This document shows positions 1 through 9,606 of a stretch of DNA of 64,000 nt, piece after piece. The notes beneath the pieces are model-generated. The model was not told where the DNA came from, made no database searches, and saw only the letters and a list, made by a program, of their open reading frames with translations. Both the position numbers and the translations under genes were made by a program. This DNA is from Promethearchaeota archaeon (lineage in GTDB: Archaea > Asgardarchaeota > Thorarchaeia > Thorarchaeales > Thorarchaeaceae), in the NCBI GenBank assembly GCA_027031765.1, contig JALVPN010000110.1:33973-97972 (forward strand), read 5' to 3'. Position 1 is the stretch's first letter. Each line of letters opens with the position of its first letter.

Positions 1-224
1 TGAAGATGGGCAGCCTGTACGGCCACTACCTCGTTGCTGCTGCGTACCACTCGAAAGGTGGGAGTGGACGGACGTACTTGTTCTTGTTCGTCTTCTTCTT
101 TTCTCGCTTCATTCTATCACTTCCTATTATACTGGTTGCTGTCCGAGTATGGATAAGACTTTGGGACCCTGCATACAGTCCTCCAACATGGGACAGAGGG
201 CCGTGAAGTAGAAGATAGTGGTGA

Positions 225-331
225 TGGAGCCCCGGGCGGGATGCCCGGCACTGCCAGCGACGTGACAGCACGTTCGAACCCGCGATTTTCTGCTTACGAG
301 GCAGACGCCTTTACCACTTGGCCACCGAGGC
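225..331 (-). tRNA. tRNA-Thr (anticodon CGT) with ~31-nt insertion (putative non-canonical intron) in T-loop
   Basis: Reverse complement folds as acceptor GCCTCGG/CCGGGGC (one G-U), D-arm GCCA-AGTGGTAA-AGGC, anticodon arm TCTGC-CTCGTAA-GCAGA, T-stem GCGGG...CCCGC, discriminator T plus CCA; about 31 extra nt sit between TTCGAA and the 3' T-stem strand. Confidence 0.5.
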
Positions 332-983
332 CCTTCTATCGTCGCCTGTCCTCTCTTGGGGTTATAAAGCTTTATCATCGTGTCCTCGTATGGACGATGA
401 CACCGGCGGGTCTCGTGGAGTGTTCTCTGCTGTTCCCGACCACATCGGCACTGGTGCAATGTACCAGTATTGCGTCCGAGTACGGAGCACCGTTTCTAGT
501 CGATGTGCACAGGATGTATGTTGGTGCCGCTGTGATACTTGGGACAGTCAATGTCCCTGTCCGACCATCTCTCCCACCCGCCTCACACTCAATATCGTCA
601 CCCCCGCTCCACGGCTGACTAGGGATGTGTATCAACACCTCATGAACACCTCGTGATTGGGTGCAGATTCAAGCCGTCACAGTTTCAGCAATAGCAACAG
701 CGCCTGCTGTTTCTTACAGTACGGGGGCTGTCACAGACGCGTACGGTCCCAACATCCCCCCTCATGACGAGCTGCCCCCTTACCAGCACCATTGACTTGA
801 GCTGACTTGGACATCCCACCAGCCCCAGTCAGTCCTTTCAGACTGGGCATAGTGCTTAAGTGGGAGGTCATTGCACCTGCTGCACATGGGGTAACCAATA
901 CACTGGGATATCATGGTGGTCACTCTGGCAGCACTACGGTTCAGTCGTCTTTCATTGTCCTAGCAGTGCGATGGGGTGTACAG

Positions 984-1976
984 ATGAAACTGCGTGATAT
1001 TGGGGAGCGGGAGCTGCTCCGCGAGCTTGAGTTCTTGGTGGACATTCCTGAAGGTGCCGTGCTGGGTCTTGACGAGGACGCATCTGAAGTCCCCCTCAAC
1101 GGCTCGCTCCACCTTGTGGTGAATGTTGATACTTTTGTTTCTAGCACAGACCGACTGCCGGGCATGACGGACGCACAGGTCGGCCGCAAGACCGCGGTCA
1201 TGGTGCTGAGCGACATTGTAGCAAAAGGTGCACGTCCTATAGCGGCCATGTTGTCCGTCTGTGTCCCTGCTGAGACCTCAAGCACAGCAGTCACCGAGCT
1301 CGTACGGGGGTACTCCCAGTTCTGTACAAAGTCTGCTGTGCTCTTCCTAGGCGGTGACATGGGGTGCTCAGAAGAGGTGACACTTACCGGTGTTGGTATC
1401 GGTACTGCGGTTCCGGAACATATCGTACGACGTGGTGGGGCAGCACCCGGAGATGTGATTGCGGTCAGCGGTCTGTTCGGACTGACATCTGTTGCCTTCA
1501 AGACCCTACTTGAGGACTATCCGGTCACTCCCACACTGCGTTCCTTGGCACTTGAGGCTGCCTTCCGTCCTGAGATCCATATCGGACTTGTTGAAGCCCT
1601 TGCAGGCTACTCGGCCATCACGTCGTGCATGGACAGTAGTGACGGCCTTGCCATCTCGCTTGTCACAATGGCAGGACACAGTGGGTTCCAGTTCCTCATT
1701 GACGACCTCCCGGTGGCAGACGGAGTGGAGGCCTTTGCTGAACGGAACGGTCTTGACCTCTTCTCTCTGGTGATGCACGGGGGTGAAGAGTTTGTACTGG
1801 TCATGACAGTCCCACCTGACCAGTGGGATACAGCCACAGAGGTCTCAACTAGATGCGGTGCAGTCCTGACACCCATCGGGCGCGTCCGTGAGGGCACTGG
1901 TGTAGTATGGCAGTCCCCTGACGGGCCTGTACCTGTTGACACAAGGGGCTATGATAGCTTCAGGACATGGTCATGA
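984..1976 (+). CDS. thiL: AIR synthase-related (PurM superfamily) protein, thiamine-monophosphate kinase ThiL-like
   Basis: ORF 807..1976; ThiL-like N-terminus MKLRDIGERELLREL, then LGLDEDASEV and HLVVNVDTFV motifs typical of the PurM/ThiL fold; start trimmed to the internal ATG at 984. Confidence 0.7.
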   Translation: MKLRDIGERELLRELEFLVDIPEGAVLGLDEDASEVPLNGSLHLVVNVDTFVSSTDRLPGMTDAQVGRKTAVMVLSDIVAKGARPIAAMLSVCVPAETSSTAVTELVRGYSQFCTKSAVLFLGGDMGCSEEVTLTGVGIGTAVPEHIVRRGGAAPGDVIAVSGLFGLTSVAFKTLLEDYPVTPTLRSLALEAAFRPEIHIGLVEALAGYSAITSCMDSSDGLAISLVTMAGHSGFQFLIDDLPVADGVEAFAERNGLDLFSLVMHGGEEFVLVMTVPPDQWDTATEVSTRCGAVLTPIGRVREGTGVVWQSPDGPVPVDTRGYDSFRTWS

Positions 1977-2288
1977 TGTCCATGTGTCCTCTGACACAGT
2001 GACACGGTTTCCACTGCGGTCGCCGCCTACGGGGCTGCTGACACAGTGTCCAGAGCGTCACTGCTCGCCAACCGCTTGGGCCCTGCGGAAAGCTTTATGA
2101 CGCCACGTTCTTTGCCGTACAGATAGCGGACCCGTTGCCTAGCCAGGGGGTGCAGAGATGCTATCTATCTCTGTACTTGGCAAATAGGGCGCCACCCTTC
2201 TAAGGTGGAATTCCCCGGTTCAAAAGGGCACACGGCTCTCGTCTGCCCGGGACTTCCGGGCGGGTCCGCCAATTGCGGTCTCTCGTTG

Positions 2289-2546
2289 TCACCCCAAGAC
2301 GAACGATGGTGGGAACATAACAAAGTACTGGACTACGATTGCGAGGATAATCCCGCTCATGACGAGGCCCTTCCCCTTGGTCGGGTTCGTACTCGTGAAC
2401 CAAAGGATTGCTCCCACGAGCACGATTACTACGGATGAAACACGTCCGACAAAAATCAGGAACTCCCAGATTTCTGCAAAATACGTGGAGATAATCCCGA
2501 CAAAGTCTGACAGCGGGCTCAACACTCGGAGGGGCAATGTGTTCAC
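2289..2546 (-). CDS. small hypothetical membrane protein (2 predicted TM helices)
   Basis: 85-aa ORF with two hydrophobic stretches (VVIVLVGAILWF and IILAIVVQYFVMF); no family recognised. Confidence 0.3.
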   Translation of the reverse strand: MNTLPLRVLSPLSDFVGIISTYFAEIWEFLIFVGRVSSVVIVLVGAILWFTSTNPTKGKGLVMSGIILAIVVQYFVMFPPSFVLG

Positions 2547-2640
2547 CGCTCATGTGTCGCCATCCAACAATATAAGGCCCTACCAGCGTCACTCGTGGCG
2601 TGGGCCATGCTACGGTGTGGGGTTGCTGGGCGGTCGTGCG

Positions 2641-3444
2641 TCAGTATCCCTGCAGCCCTTCACAGAAGGCCCTGATGTTAATGCCGAGGTCTTCGTGGTT
2701 GTACCCTCCCTCCAATATACCAAAGCGTCGTCCCTCGCACTTCTCTACGGCGAACTCGTAGACTAGTCTGCCAATCCTGCGGAAAGCATCGGTCGACAGG
2801 TTATGTCCCCAGCAGCCTATGTACTCGTCGAACCCTGCTGATGCGGCGATTATGTCGACCGACGGTGCTCTGTCCAGCACCTGCTTGACAACGGATAGGT
2901 ATTCGTCGTCACCACGCCCGTGTGGGTTGTATATGAAGAACTCTTCCCTGTCACCCAAGATGTTGATGGTGCCATCACCTACATGCAGGTCGAAGTCAAG
3001 GACAAGTGCCGAACGGATGAGTCCCTTGGACTGCAGCGAGAGTAGTGCTACGGCCATGTTGTTGAAGTAACAGAACCCCCAACATGAGGCCCTTGAGGCG
3101 TGGTGACCCGGTGGGCGGATGAGACCAAAAACCGGTTCTCCAGCGTATGCTATCTCTGCAGTCCTGATTGCACCCCCGGCAGCAACAATGGCGACACGGT
3201 ACAGTCGTCCACCGTGGTAGACATCACTCTCATGCTTCATACTGTCGATGTGGTCCTGTGTGTGGGCACGGAGGAGTTCCTCTTCTGTGGCTGCTCGTGC
3301 GCCGACGAACTCGTATCCCGGACTCTCCCTCAAGACCTGCAGTGCCGAGTCAAGTCTGCCTGGTGCTCCGGCAGGGGTGTTGTCGTAGCTCTCACGCATG
3401 ATGTCGTCATACACAATCTTCATGGGCGATACTAATGCGCCCAA
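2641..3444 (-). CDS. histone deacetylase / acetylpolyamine amidohydrolase family protein
   Basis: HDAC signature motifs RPPGHHA, CYFNN and DxH...GDG present. Confidence 0.8.
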   Translation of the reverse strand: MGALVSPMKIVYDDIMRESYDNTPAGAPGRLDSALQVLRESPGYEFVGARAATEEELLRAHTQDHIDSMKHESDVYHGGRLYRVAIVAAGGAIRTAEIAYAGEPVFGLIRPPGHHASRASCWGFCYFNNMAVALLSLQSKGLIRSALVLDFDLHVGDGTINILGDREEFFIYNPHGRGDDEYLSVVKQVLDRAPSVDIIAASAGFDEYIGCWGHNLSTDAFRRIGRLVYEFAVEKCEGRRFGILEGGYNHEDLGINIRAFCEGLQGY

Positions 3445-3585
3445 GGGATTTGTACATGTTGCTACTCTACACTACACCGTAGCTGGCGGGACTGCATTAC
3501 TGGAAAAATAGGGGGATGGGCAGGAGGCCTGTGACCAGCCTGCCCTCTACTTGTTGGTGGGTCACGAGGAGGTGTGGACATGGAC

Positions 3586-3900
3586 CTAACCGAACAGGCT
3601 GCCGAGTCCAACTGTGACCTCCTCTTCCTCCTCTTTCTTCTCTTCCTCCTTTTCTTCCTCAGCCGGGGCCGCTGCCGCCTCGGCCGGAGCAGCACCACCT
3701 GGTGCAGCTGCAACCGCCATCGGCATGGCCGCGCTCTTCACTGCCTCATCTATGTCGACACCCTCAAGTGCAGCAAGCAGGGCCTTGATCCGTCCCTTGT
3801 CCGGTGTGACACCTGCTGCTGTGAGGACTGCCTCCATGTTCTTTGCATTCAGTTCCTTTCCGGCCTTGTGGAGCAGGAGTGCTGTATACACGTATTCCAT
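3586..3900 (-). CDS. rpl12: 50S ribosomal protein L12 (P1 stalk protein)
   Basis: [11 protein letters not shown]... start, Ala-rich hinge and acidic [14 protein letters not shown] tail ending GLGSLFG. Confidence 0.9.
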   Translation of the reverse strand: MEYVYTALLLHKAGKELNAKNMEAVLTAAGVTPDKGRIKALLAALEGVDIDEAVKSAAMPMAVAAAPGGAAPAEAAAAPAEEEKEEEKKEEEEEVTVGLGSLFG

Positions 3901-3930
3901 TCTGGTCTCCTCTCTGTGTGTTGTATCTTG

Positions 3931-4965
3931 TTAACCGAACAGGCTCCCGAGGCCAGCAGTGGCCTCTTCTTCCTCTTCTTCCTCTTCTTCCTCCTCAGCC
4001 GTTTCAGGAGCTGCACTCGCACTCCCAGTTGTCGTCACGGTGGTCGACACCACTTGGAGCTGACTGAGGATGTCCGAAGGTATTGCATCAGGGTCCCGCT
4101 CAGATATTGCTGCGGCGAGCGCCAGCGCCTCACCAGTTGCCTTGGCGAGGAATGCGTCCAGGAGGTCTGGTGTGAAGAAGCCGACGCTGAGCGCCAGTGT
4201 CTTCGCCTCAGTGTCCGCCTTGGCAATGAGCAGCGTGATGGTGTCGCCGGTCGGGTACCCTGTATTGACTGACAGGTTGACCGCATACTGGTGTCCCAAG
4301 ATGACCTCGTTGAGCAGGTCGTAAAGGTTGACATCAAGGCTCTCAGACGTGAGGACCGTCCCGTCAGCATAGGCTGCGACCAGCTTCAGCTGTAACTCCA
4401 TCGGTTCGATGCCCAGTCGTCCGAGCATCTGGGCCATTGCATTCGAGATGGTCTCACCGGCCTTGACCGCCACGGTCTCCTCTGTAATGTGGATGACCCC
4501 ACCCTTGACACGTGCGGGGATGCTCAGGGCTGCAAGCTCGCTGATGAACGGGCCCGGTGCGACCCCGGTGTTCATGGCCGGGATGATGATGTCCTTTGGT
4601 GCGACCTGTCCCCCTTTTGCAGGGGCCGAGGCCTTGTTCTCGCTCAGGAACTTGCTCAACATGAACGGGTCCTGGTCGCTGAAAATGAAAGCAACAGGCC
4701 CCCTCACGTGTTCTATGAGGGCCTCTATGCCCTTCTTCTTTTTCTTGGCCTTCTCCAGCGCACGGATCATGAGGGTGTTGCGCGCCATCCTGATCAAGGC
4801 GGAGCCCCGCAGGCTGTTCCTTATCCCCTGCAGCTGTTTGGCCCCAACGCCCTCCACATTGACGAGGCCAACCATCTCGCTATTCTCTATCATCTCCGCC
4901 AGTCGGTTGACCTCCTCAATCTTCCATTGTGGTATGTGTTTCTCGTGTACGACCATCTCTGTCAC
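3931..4965 (-). CDS. rpl10: 50S ribosomal protein L10 (P0)
   Basis: P0 family protein with C-terminal poly-Glu tail ending ...GLGSLFG; located between L1 and L12. Confidence 0.9.
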   Translation of the reverse strand: MTEMVVHEKHIPQWKIEEVNRLAEMIENSEMVGLVNVEGVGAKQLQGIRNSLRGSALIRMARNTLMIRALEKAKKKKKGIEALIEHVRGPVAFIFSDQDPFMLSKFLSENKASAPAKGGQVAPKDIIIPAMNTGVAPGPFISELAALSIPARVKGGVIHITEETVAVKAGETISNAMAQMLGRLGIEPMELQLKLVAAYADGTVLTSESLDVNLYDLLNEVILGHQYAVNLSVNTGYPTGDTITLLIAKADTEAKTLALSVGFFTPDLLDAFLAKATGEALALAAAISERDPDAIPSDILSQLQVVSTTVTTTGSASAAPETAEEEEEEEEEEEATAGLGSLFG

Positions 4966-5624
4966 CTCCGGAGCGGAACACGCACAGCGGGCCCCATCGT
5001 GAGCTTGACAAAGACACTGTCTATCCTGTCACTCAGGCCCTTGTTCTCAAGGAAGTTCAGGACTGCTGCGATGTTCTCTGCAACCTGTCGGTCGCCCATC
5101 CTTACATGGCCGACCTTGACATGGAACGTCGGTGTGTTCCGCATACGGATGCGGATTGTCTTCTGATACTGTTCTACCAGTGGCCGGATGTCGGCCTGTG
5201 GTGGCAACGGCCTCGGCATCTTTCCCCGTGGCCCGAGCGCCTGCCCGAGATAGCGCCCCACGAGAGGCATCGTGTCAGTTGATGCTATGAAGAAGTCATA
5301 GCTCTTGGCGAGCGTCTTCCTCGCCTTCTTGTCCTCGCCGACCTTTGGTATCTCCTCCTTTGAGACCACCATGTCGACCCCGGCCTCTCGTGCTTTTTCC
5401 GCGAACTCGCCGTCACCAAAGACACAGATCCGTGCCGGTGGGTACAGTGGGTTCGGCAGCACGATTTCTTGGTTCAGGCGGTTCTCAGGCCTTGACACAT
5501 CGAGTTCCCTTTTCCTGAAGTTGACCGCTAGGTCGAAGCTCTGCTCGAACTTGATGTCACGCTCTGTGCCCTTGGCACGTGCCTCAGCCACTGCGCTTAC
5601 AATGGGCTCCACATCGAATGGCAC
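4962..5624 (-). CDS. rpl1: 50S ribosomal protein L1
   Basis: L1 family protein (...KARKTLAKSYDFF..., GPRGKMP); conserved L11-L1-L10-L12 order. Confidence 0.9.
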   Translation of the reverse strand: MPFDVEPIVSAVAEARAKGTERDIKFEQSFDLAVNFRKRELDVSRPENRLNQEIVLPNPLYPPARICVFGDGEFAEKAREAGVDMVVSKEEIPKVGEDKKARKTLAKSYDFFIASTDTMPLVGRYLGQALGPRGKMPRPLPPQADIRPLVEQYQKTIRIRMRNTPTFHVKVGHVRMGDRQVAENIAAVLNFLENKGLSDRIDSVFVKLTMGPAVRVPLRR

Positions 5625-6128
5625 CTACTCCACCCCCCATGGCTCGTCGAGCTGTTCGTCCCACACACCCTCTCGCAGCTCCCTCTGGAACTCGCGTGGG
5701 TCTTTGCCTTCAACCGTCACACCGACCGACACACAGGTGCCCGCCACGGTCATGACCGCGTCCTTCAGTGTCAGGGCCGTGAGGTCTGCTGCCTTTGCCT
5801 TCGCAATCGTCTTCACCTGCTCAATCGTGAGGTTCCCAACAAAGTCGGTGTTCGGCTGTGACGAGCCCTTCGCCTGCCCTATCTCCTTCAGGATGAGAGC
5901 ACTCGTTGGCGGTGTACCGACCTCGACCTCGAACGACTTGTCAGCTGGGTGGACAGTTATCTTCACTGGCACCTTCAGTCCTGCGAACGGGGCGGTGACC
6001 TCGTTGATTTTCTGCACGACCTGGAAGATATTGACTCCGGTGGGGCCTAGGGCTGGCCCGATTGGTGGTCCTCCTGATGCCTTGCCACCTTCCACCATTG
6101 CCTCGACTACAATTGGTTTCTCGCTCAA
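5625..6128 (-). CDS. rpl11: 50S ribosomal protein L11
   Basis: [23 protein letters not shown] is the L11 N-terminal signature. Confidence 0.9.
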   Translation of the reverse strand: MSEKPIVVEAMVEGGKASGGPPIGPALGPTGVNIFQVVQKINEVTAPFAGLKVPVKITVHPADKSFEVEVGTPPTSALILKEIGQAKGSSQPNTDFVGNLTIEQVKTIAKAKAADLTALTLKDAVMTVAGTCVSVGVTVEGKDPREFQRELREGVWDEQLDEPWGVE

Positions 6129-6375
6129 CTCTCAGCACATCCTTGCTTGCAGTGGTCTCGACACAGTTGTGTCGGACGGGGCGACCTGTGGACTAGAATT
6201 AGCATGTCTTTCTCCACACGGTCTACTGCAATCCATTAGCATCACCCCAGACATGGTGTCCTGCACACATGTCAGATTAAGGAGTTGAGCGGATGACCTT
6301 CACTCGTGTTTTAAGCGTTGTGGACTGGTAACCGTCCAGTCCGAGTCCTGTGCTGGGCCTGTCTACCGGCTGGGA

Positions 6376-7026
6376 TCAGTCGTGTGCCCAGAACGAGTCC
6401 TCATCCATTCCCTCCTCGCCGCCTTCCTCCTCCTCCTCGCGCCCGGCCTTCTCAACAATCTTGACGAAGTCAGCATGCACCTTGATTGGGATTGTGTGAG
6501 GGCTGCCCAGCAGTTCCAGCGTGAGTTCTTCCTTTGCCGTGTCGACCCTGATTACCTTGGCATGCTCGCCCCTGAACGGGCCGGAGACTATCTCGACCAC
6601 ATCGTTCTCTGCAATCCCCTCGGCCGCAGGCTTCGGGACGAGGAACTTGTCAATCTCTTCGAACTTGACCTTCCCACTTACGCGGCCCCTGACATGTGGC
6701 ACACCCGCAATGGCAATCTCTACATCTCTGAACTCCATAGTTTCCAAGAAGACATAGCCCCTAAGTGTTTCAGGGACAAGGATTGCTTTCACTCTGCCCA
6801 GTAGTGGGTTCTGTGACACCAGTCTTGGCTCTGCCCTGTCGCCCTTCCTCTTGTCACACTTCTCCATGTGCTTGCGTGTTGCAGACTCCGATGAGAACTC
6901 CTCCCCGCAGTATGGACATGCCCAGACATCACTCTCACCCGTCACTGCGGTGATTATCAGGTCTGTTACACCTTTCTCCTGACCTATTGTTGTACGTACT
7001 GCATAGATGCTGGTCTTCTTGTCCAA
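6376..7026 (-). CDS. spt5: transcription elongation factor Spt5 (NusG homolog) with zinc-finger insertion in NGN domain
   Basis: NGN core (IYAVRTTIGQEKGV...LRGYVFLE) plus KOW (VVEIVSGPFRGEHAKVIRVD). The ORF extends to 7323 and would overlap secE; there is no internal ATG, so the start is proposed at TTG 7024-7026 (LDKKTSIYAVRTT). Confidence 0.75.
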   Translation of the reverse strand: MDKKTSIYAVRTTIGQEKGVTDLIITAVTGESDVWACPYCGEEFSSESATRKHMEKCDKRKGDRAEPRLVSQNPLLGRVKAILVPETLRGYVFLETMEFRDVEIAIAGVPHVRGRVSGKVKFEEIDKFLVPKPAAEGIAENDVVEIVSGPFRGEHAKVIRVDTAKEELTLELLGSPHTIPIKVHADFVKIVEKAGREEEEEGGEEGMDEDSFWAHD

Positions 7027-7082
7027 GTCTAGCCCTCCCTGCTCCGGGATGGGGTGGGTATGCTCGCGGCCCGGACATGCCC

Positions 7083-7265
7083 CTACTTGGTGCCCCAGCC
7101 TGATGTGAGCACTGTCATCAGGTACTGTACGACAAAACTCAGCATCCCAACAAGGAACATCGCAAGTAGGCTGACCCTTGTACTCAGCCAGATCTCCTTT
7201 CTCGTGGGTTTTGTCGCCAGTTTCAGGATCCGTCTGCTCTCCCGGATGAAGTCGCCAACACCCAT
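7083..7265 (-). CDS. secE: protein translocase subunit SecE (Sec61 gamma)
   Basis: 60-aa protein with a C-terminal TM helix in the conserved position between Spt5 and FtsZ; KLATKPTRKEIW motif. Confidence 0.8.
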   Translation of the reverse strand: MGVGDFIRESRRILKLATKPTRKEIWLSTRVSLLAMFLVGMLSFVVQYLMTVLTSGWGTK

Positions 7266-7421
7266 TTGGTCTCACACCTATGTCGGGCCGGTCTGCAACC
7301 GGAACCGCCTCTCCTGCCCCCACACACCTTTTAATGTTTGCTGAGTGGCGGCCCCGTCATGGGGCACGCCTAGCTGTCCTACGTGTACTGCCACTCTGGC
7401 ACATGGTGGCCAGTCCGCAGT

Positions 7422-8552
7422 TCAGTCAAGACGGGTCAGCCCGAGCTCGCCCCTGAGGTCTTCCACAAGTGGGCGCACAGGCTCTGATGAGGCGGACATG
7501 ACGTAAGGGGAGTTGACCCCCGAGGCAATGATGGTCACGCGCAGCCTGTCCTCAAGCTCTGGGACTATGAGCGCACCATATATCACCTCGGCATCCGGGT
7601 TCACCCGCTCTGTGATTAGCTCCACCACTCGTTTCGCCTCTTGCAACTGTAGGTCTGCACTGCCGCTGACATTGATCAGGATGTTCTTGGCGTTCTCGAT
7701 TGAAACATCAATCAACGGGTTGTGGAGAGCATTGAGCACGGCCTCTTCTGCCCGCCTCTCCCCCTCGCCCTCGCCCAGGGCAATAATCGAAACCCCACCA
7801 TTCCGCATTGTTGTCCGGACATCCGCAAAGTCGAGGTTCACGAGCCCGGGCCGCGAAATCAGTTCGGCAATCCCCTTGACGGCACGCACCAGCACCTCGT
7901 CGGCTATCATGAATGCTTCGGGCAACGAGAGGTCCGGTGCTATCTCAAGTAGCTTCTCGTTAGGGATGGCGATAAGTGTGTCCACATGTTCCATCAGTGC
8001 ATTTACCCCCCTGTTGGCATTCTTCTTTCGCGTCATCCCCTCCACCTCGAATGGCAGACAGACAATTGCGACGGTGAGGGCTCCGTTCTCCTTGGCCGCC
8101 TTGGCTATCAGTGGTGCAGCGCCTGTCCCGGTACCGCCTCCCATCCCGGCTGTGATGAACACCAGGTCACCCCTGACAACGTCCTTGATTGTTTCATACG
8201 ACTCCAGCGCTGCCTTCTCCCCGACGTCAGGGTCGTTGCCAGCACCAAGCCCCCCGCAGGTCTCCCTGCCAAGGAGGAGCTTGTGGTGGGCGTTGCAGAA
8301 GTAGAGGTCCTGGGCATCCGTGTTCGCTGCCAGGGTCTCAGCACCCTCCACACCGACCTCCATCAGCCTGGTAATCGCATTGTTCCCCGCGCCACCAACA
8401 CCAACGACCAGTATCCGTGCGCTCACATTCCTCAGCAGGTCTGCAAGTTCCTCGTCCGTTGTCGCACCCTTCCGCGCTCTCCTACTCGCGGATGTGGCGC
8501 TGAAGGACTCGCGTCTCGTATTTCCAAGGACTTCTTCCAACAGGGGATGCAC
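7422..8552 (-). CDS. ftsZ: cell division GTPase FtsZ
   Basis: GVGGAGNNA and GGGTGTGAAP tubulin/FtsZ signatures. Confidence 0.9.
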   Translation of the reverse strand: MHPLLEEVLGNTRRESFSATSASRRARKGATTDEELADLLRNVSARILVVGVGGAGNNAITRLMEVGVEGAETLAANTDAQDLYFCNAHHKLLLGRETCGGLGAGNDPDVGEKAALESYETIKDVVRGDLVFITAGMGGGTGTGAAPLIAKAAKENGALTVAIVCLPFEVEGMTRKKNANRGVNALMEHVDTLIAIPNEKLLEIAPDLSLPEAFMIADEVLVRAVKGIAELISRPGLVNLDFADVRTTMRNGGVSIIALGEGEGERRAEEAVLNALHNPLIDVSIENAKNILINVSGSADLQLQEAKRVVELITERVNPDAEVIYGALIVPELEDRLRVTIIASGVNSPYVMSASSEPVRPLVEDLRGELGLTRLD

Positions 8553-8626
8553 TTTCGTTCACGCCTCTTCTGTTCTATCACCTCGTTCTGCGTTCTGCCA
8601 AGAAAAAGTGGAATACTACCCCTGTA

Positions 8627-9595
8627 TTACCGGCTAGTAACACCCTGCCGTTTCCGTGACCTGTAGCTCCGCAGGAGCGGCCCAACGGGGACTCCATGTT
8701 CCCTCAGCAGGTCCAGCGTTTGTTCCAGTGTGGGCTGCCCCCGCTGGGCCCCCTCGCATGTGATTGTCAGTGCTGCCACTGCGTTTGCCACGTTCAGACT
8801 GTGCTCGATGTCATCAGTCCGGTTCCAGGCCATCAGGAAGCCGGCTGCGAACGCATCGCCGGCACCAAGCGTGTCAGCAACCGGCACTTCAAAGACCTCT
8901 GATGTATAGTAGTCGAGCCCATCAGTTGCCACTGCGCCACGTCGGCCCTGCTTCACTACGACAATCCCTGGCAGTTTCCGTGCAAAGCCCAGGAGTGCCG
9001 CCCTTGAGGGCTCAATACCAAAGTACATCTTCAGTTCCTTCCTGTTCAGAAACAGGACATCTGTCTTTGGCAGGACGGTGGAGAACTCGACGCTTTCGGC
9101 TGCGCGCCCCGGGTCCAGGGACAGCACTAGACCATTTGTGGTGGCTATGTCAGCTGCGCGTGCAATGATCCGGGGGAACCCTCCTGCCACATGGACTGCG
9201 CTGGCCCTTGCTAGGTATTCCTCATCGAGGGCATGACGGTCAAGGAACCGGTTCGCACCCTGTTCTGAGCATATCATCGTGTTCCCCGTGCTGTCGCGTA
9301 TCACCACGAACACGCCTGTCATCTGTCGCTCTAGGACGAGGATTTGTTTTGTGTCGACACCACCCTTACTGAGTTCTCTCACCGCAGTATTGCCGTGGGG
9401 GTCGTTTCCCACACAGCTTATCAGTCCGGTCTTGACCCGCAGCCGGGCGCTCTGCATTGCAAAGTTCGCTGCAGAACCCCCGACCGAAACATACGCGTTG
9501 CGCGCCATGATGTGGTTTGGCCCACGGGGTAACTTGTCCACGGTCATGACAATGTCGACATTGACCCTGCCGACCGCAACTACTTCAACCGCCAA
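8627..9595 (-). CDS. PfkB-family carbohydrate/nucleoside kinase (ribokinase-like)
   Basis: N-terminal GGSAANFA and C-terminal DTLGAGDAFAAGF PfkB signatures. Confidence 0.8.
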   Translation of the reverse strand: MAVEVVAVGRVNVDIVMTVDKLPRGPNHIMARNAYVSVGGSAANFAMQSARLRVKTGLISCVGNDPHGNTAVRELSKGGVDTKQILVLERQMTGVFVVIRDSTGNTMICSEQGANRFLDRHALDEEYLARASAVHVAGGFPRIIARAADIATTNGLVLSLDPGRAAESVEFSTVLPKTDVLFLNRKELKMYFGIEPSRAALLGFARKLPGIVVVKQGRRGAVATDGLDYYTSEVFEVPVADTLGAGDAFAAGFLMAWNRTDDIEHSLNVANAVAALTITCEGAQRGQPTLEQTLDLLREHGVPVGPLLRSYRSRKRQGVTSR

Positions 9596-9606
9596 CTATC
9601 TCGCCT

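Noticed and set aside
3462-3713. 83-aa Arg/Lys-rich ORF on the minus strand
   Set aside because: It is the reverse-frame reading of the poly-Glu tails of L12/L10 (EEEKEEE read as RRKRRKR) and is not a gene.
5305-6288. 327-aa plus-strand ORF
   Set aside because: It is antisense across the L1/L11 genes, with a Ser/Thr-rich shadow translation.
7513-8304. 263-aa plus-strand ORF
   Set aside because: It is antisense to ftsZ, with a Ser/Ala-rich translation typical of shadow ORFs.
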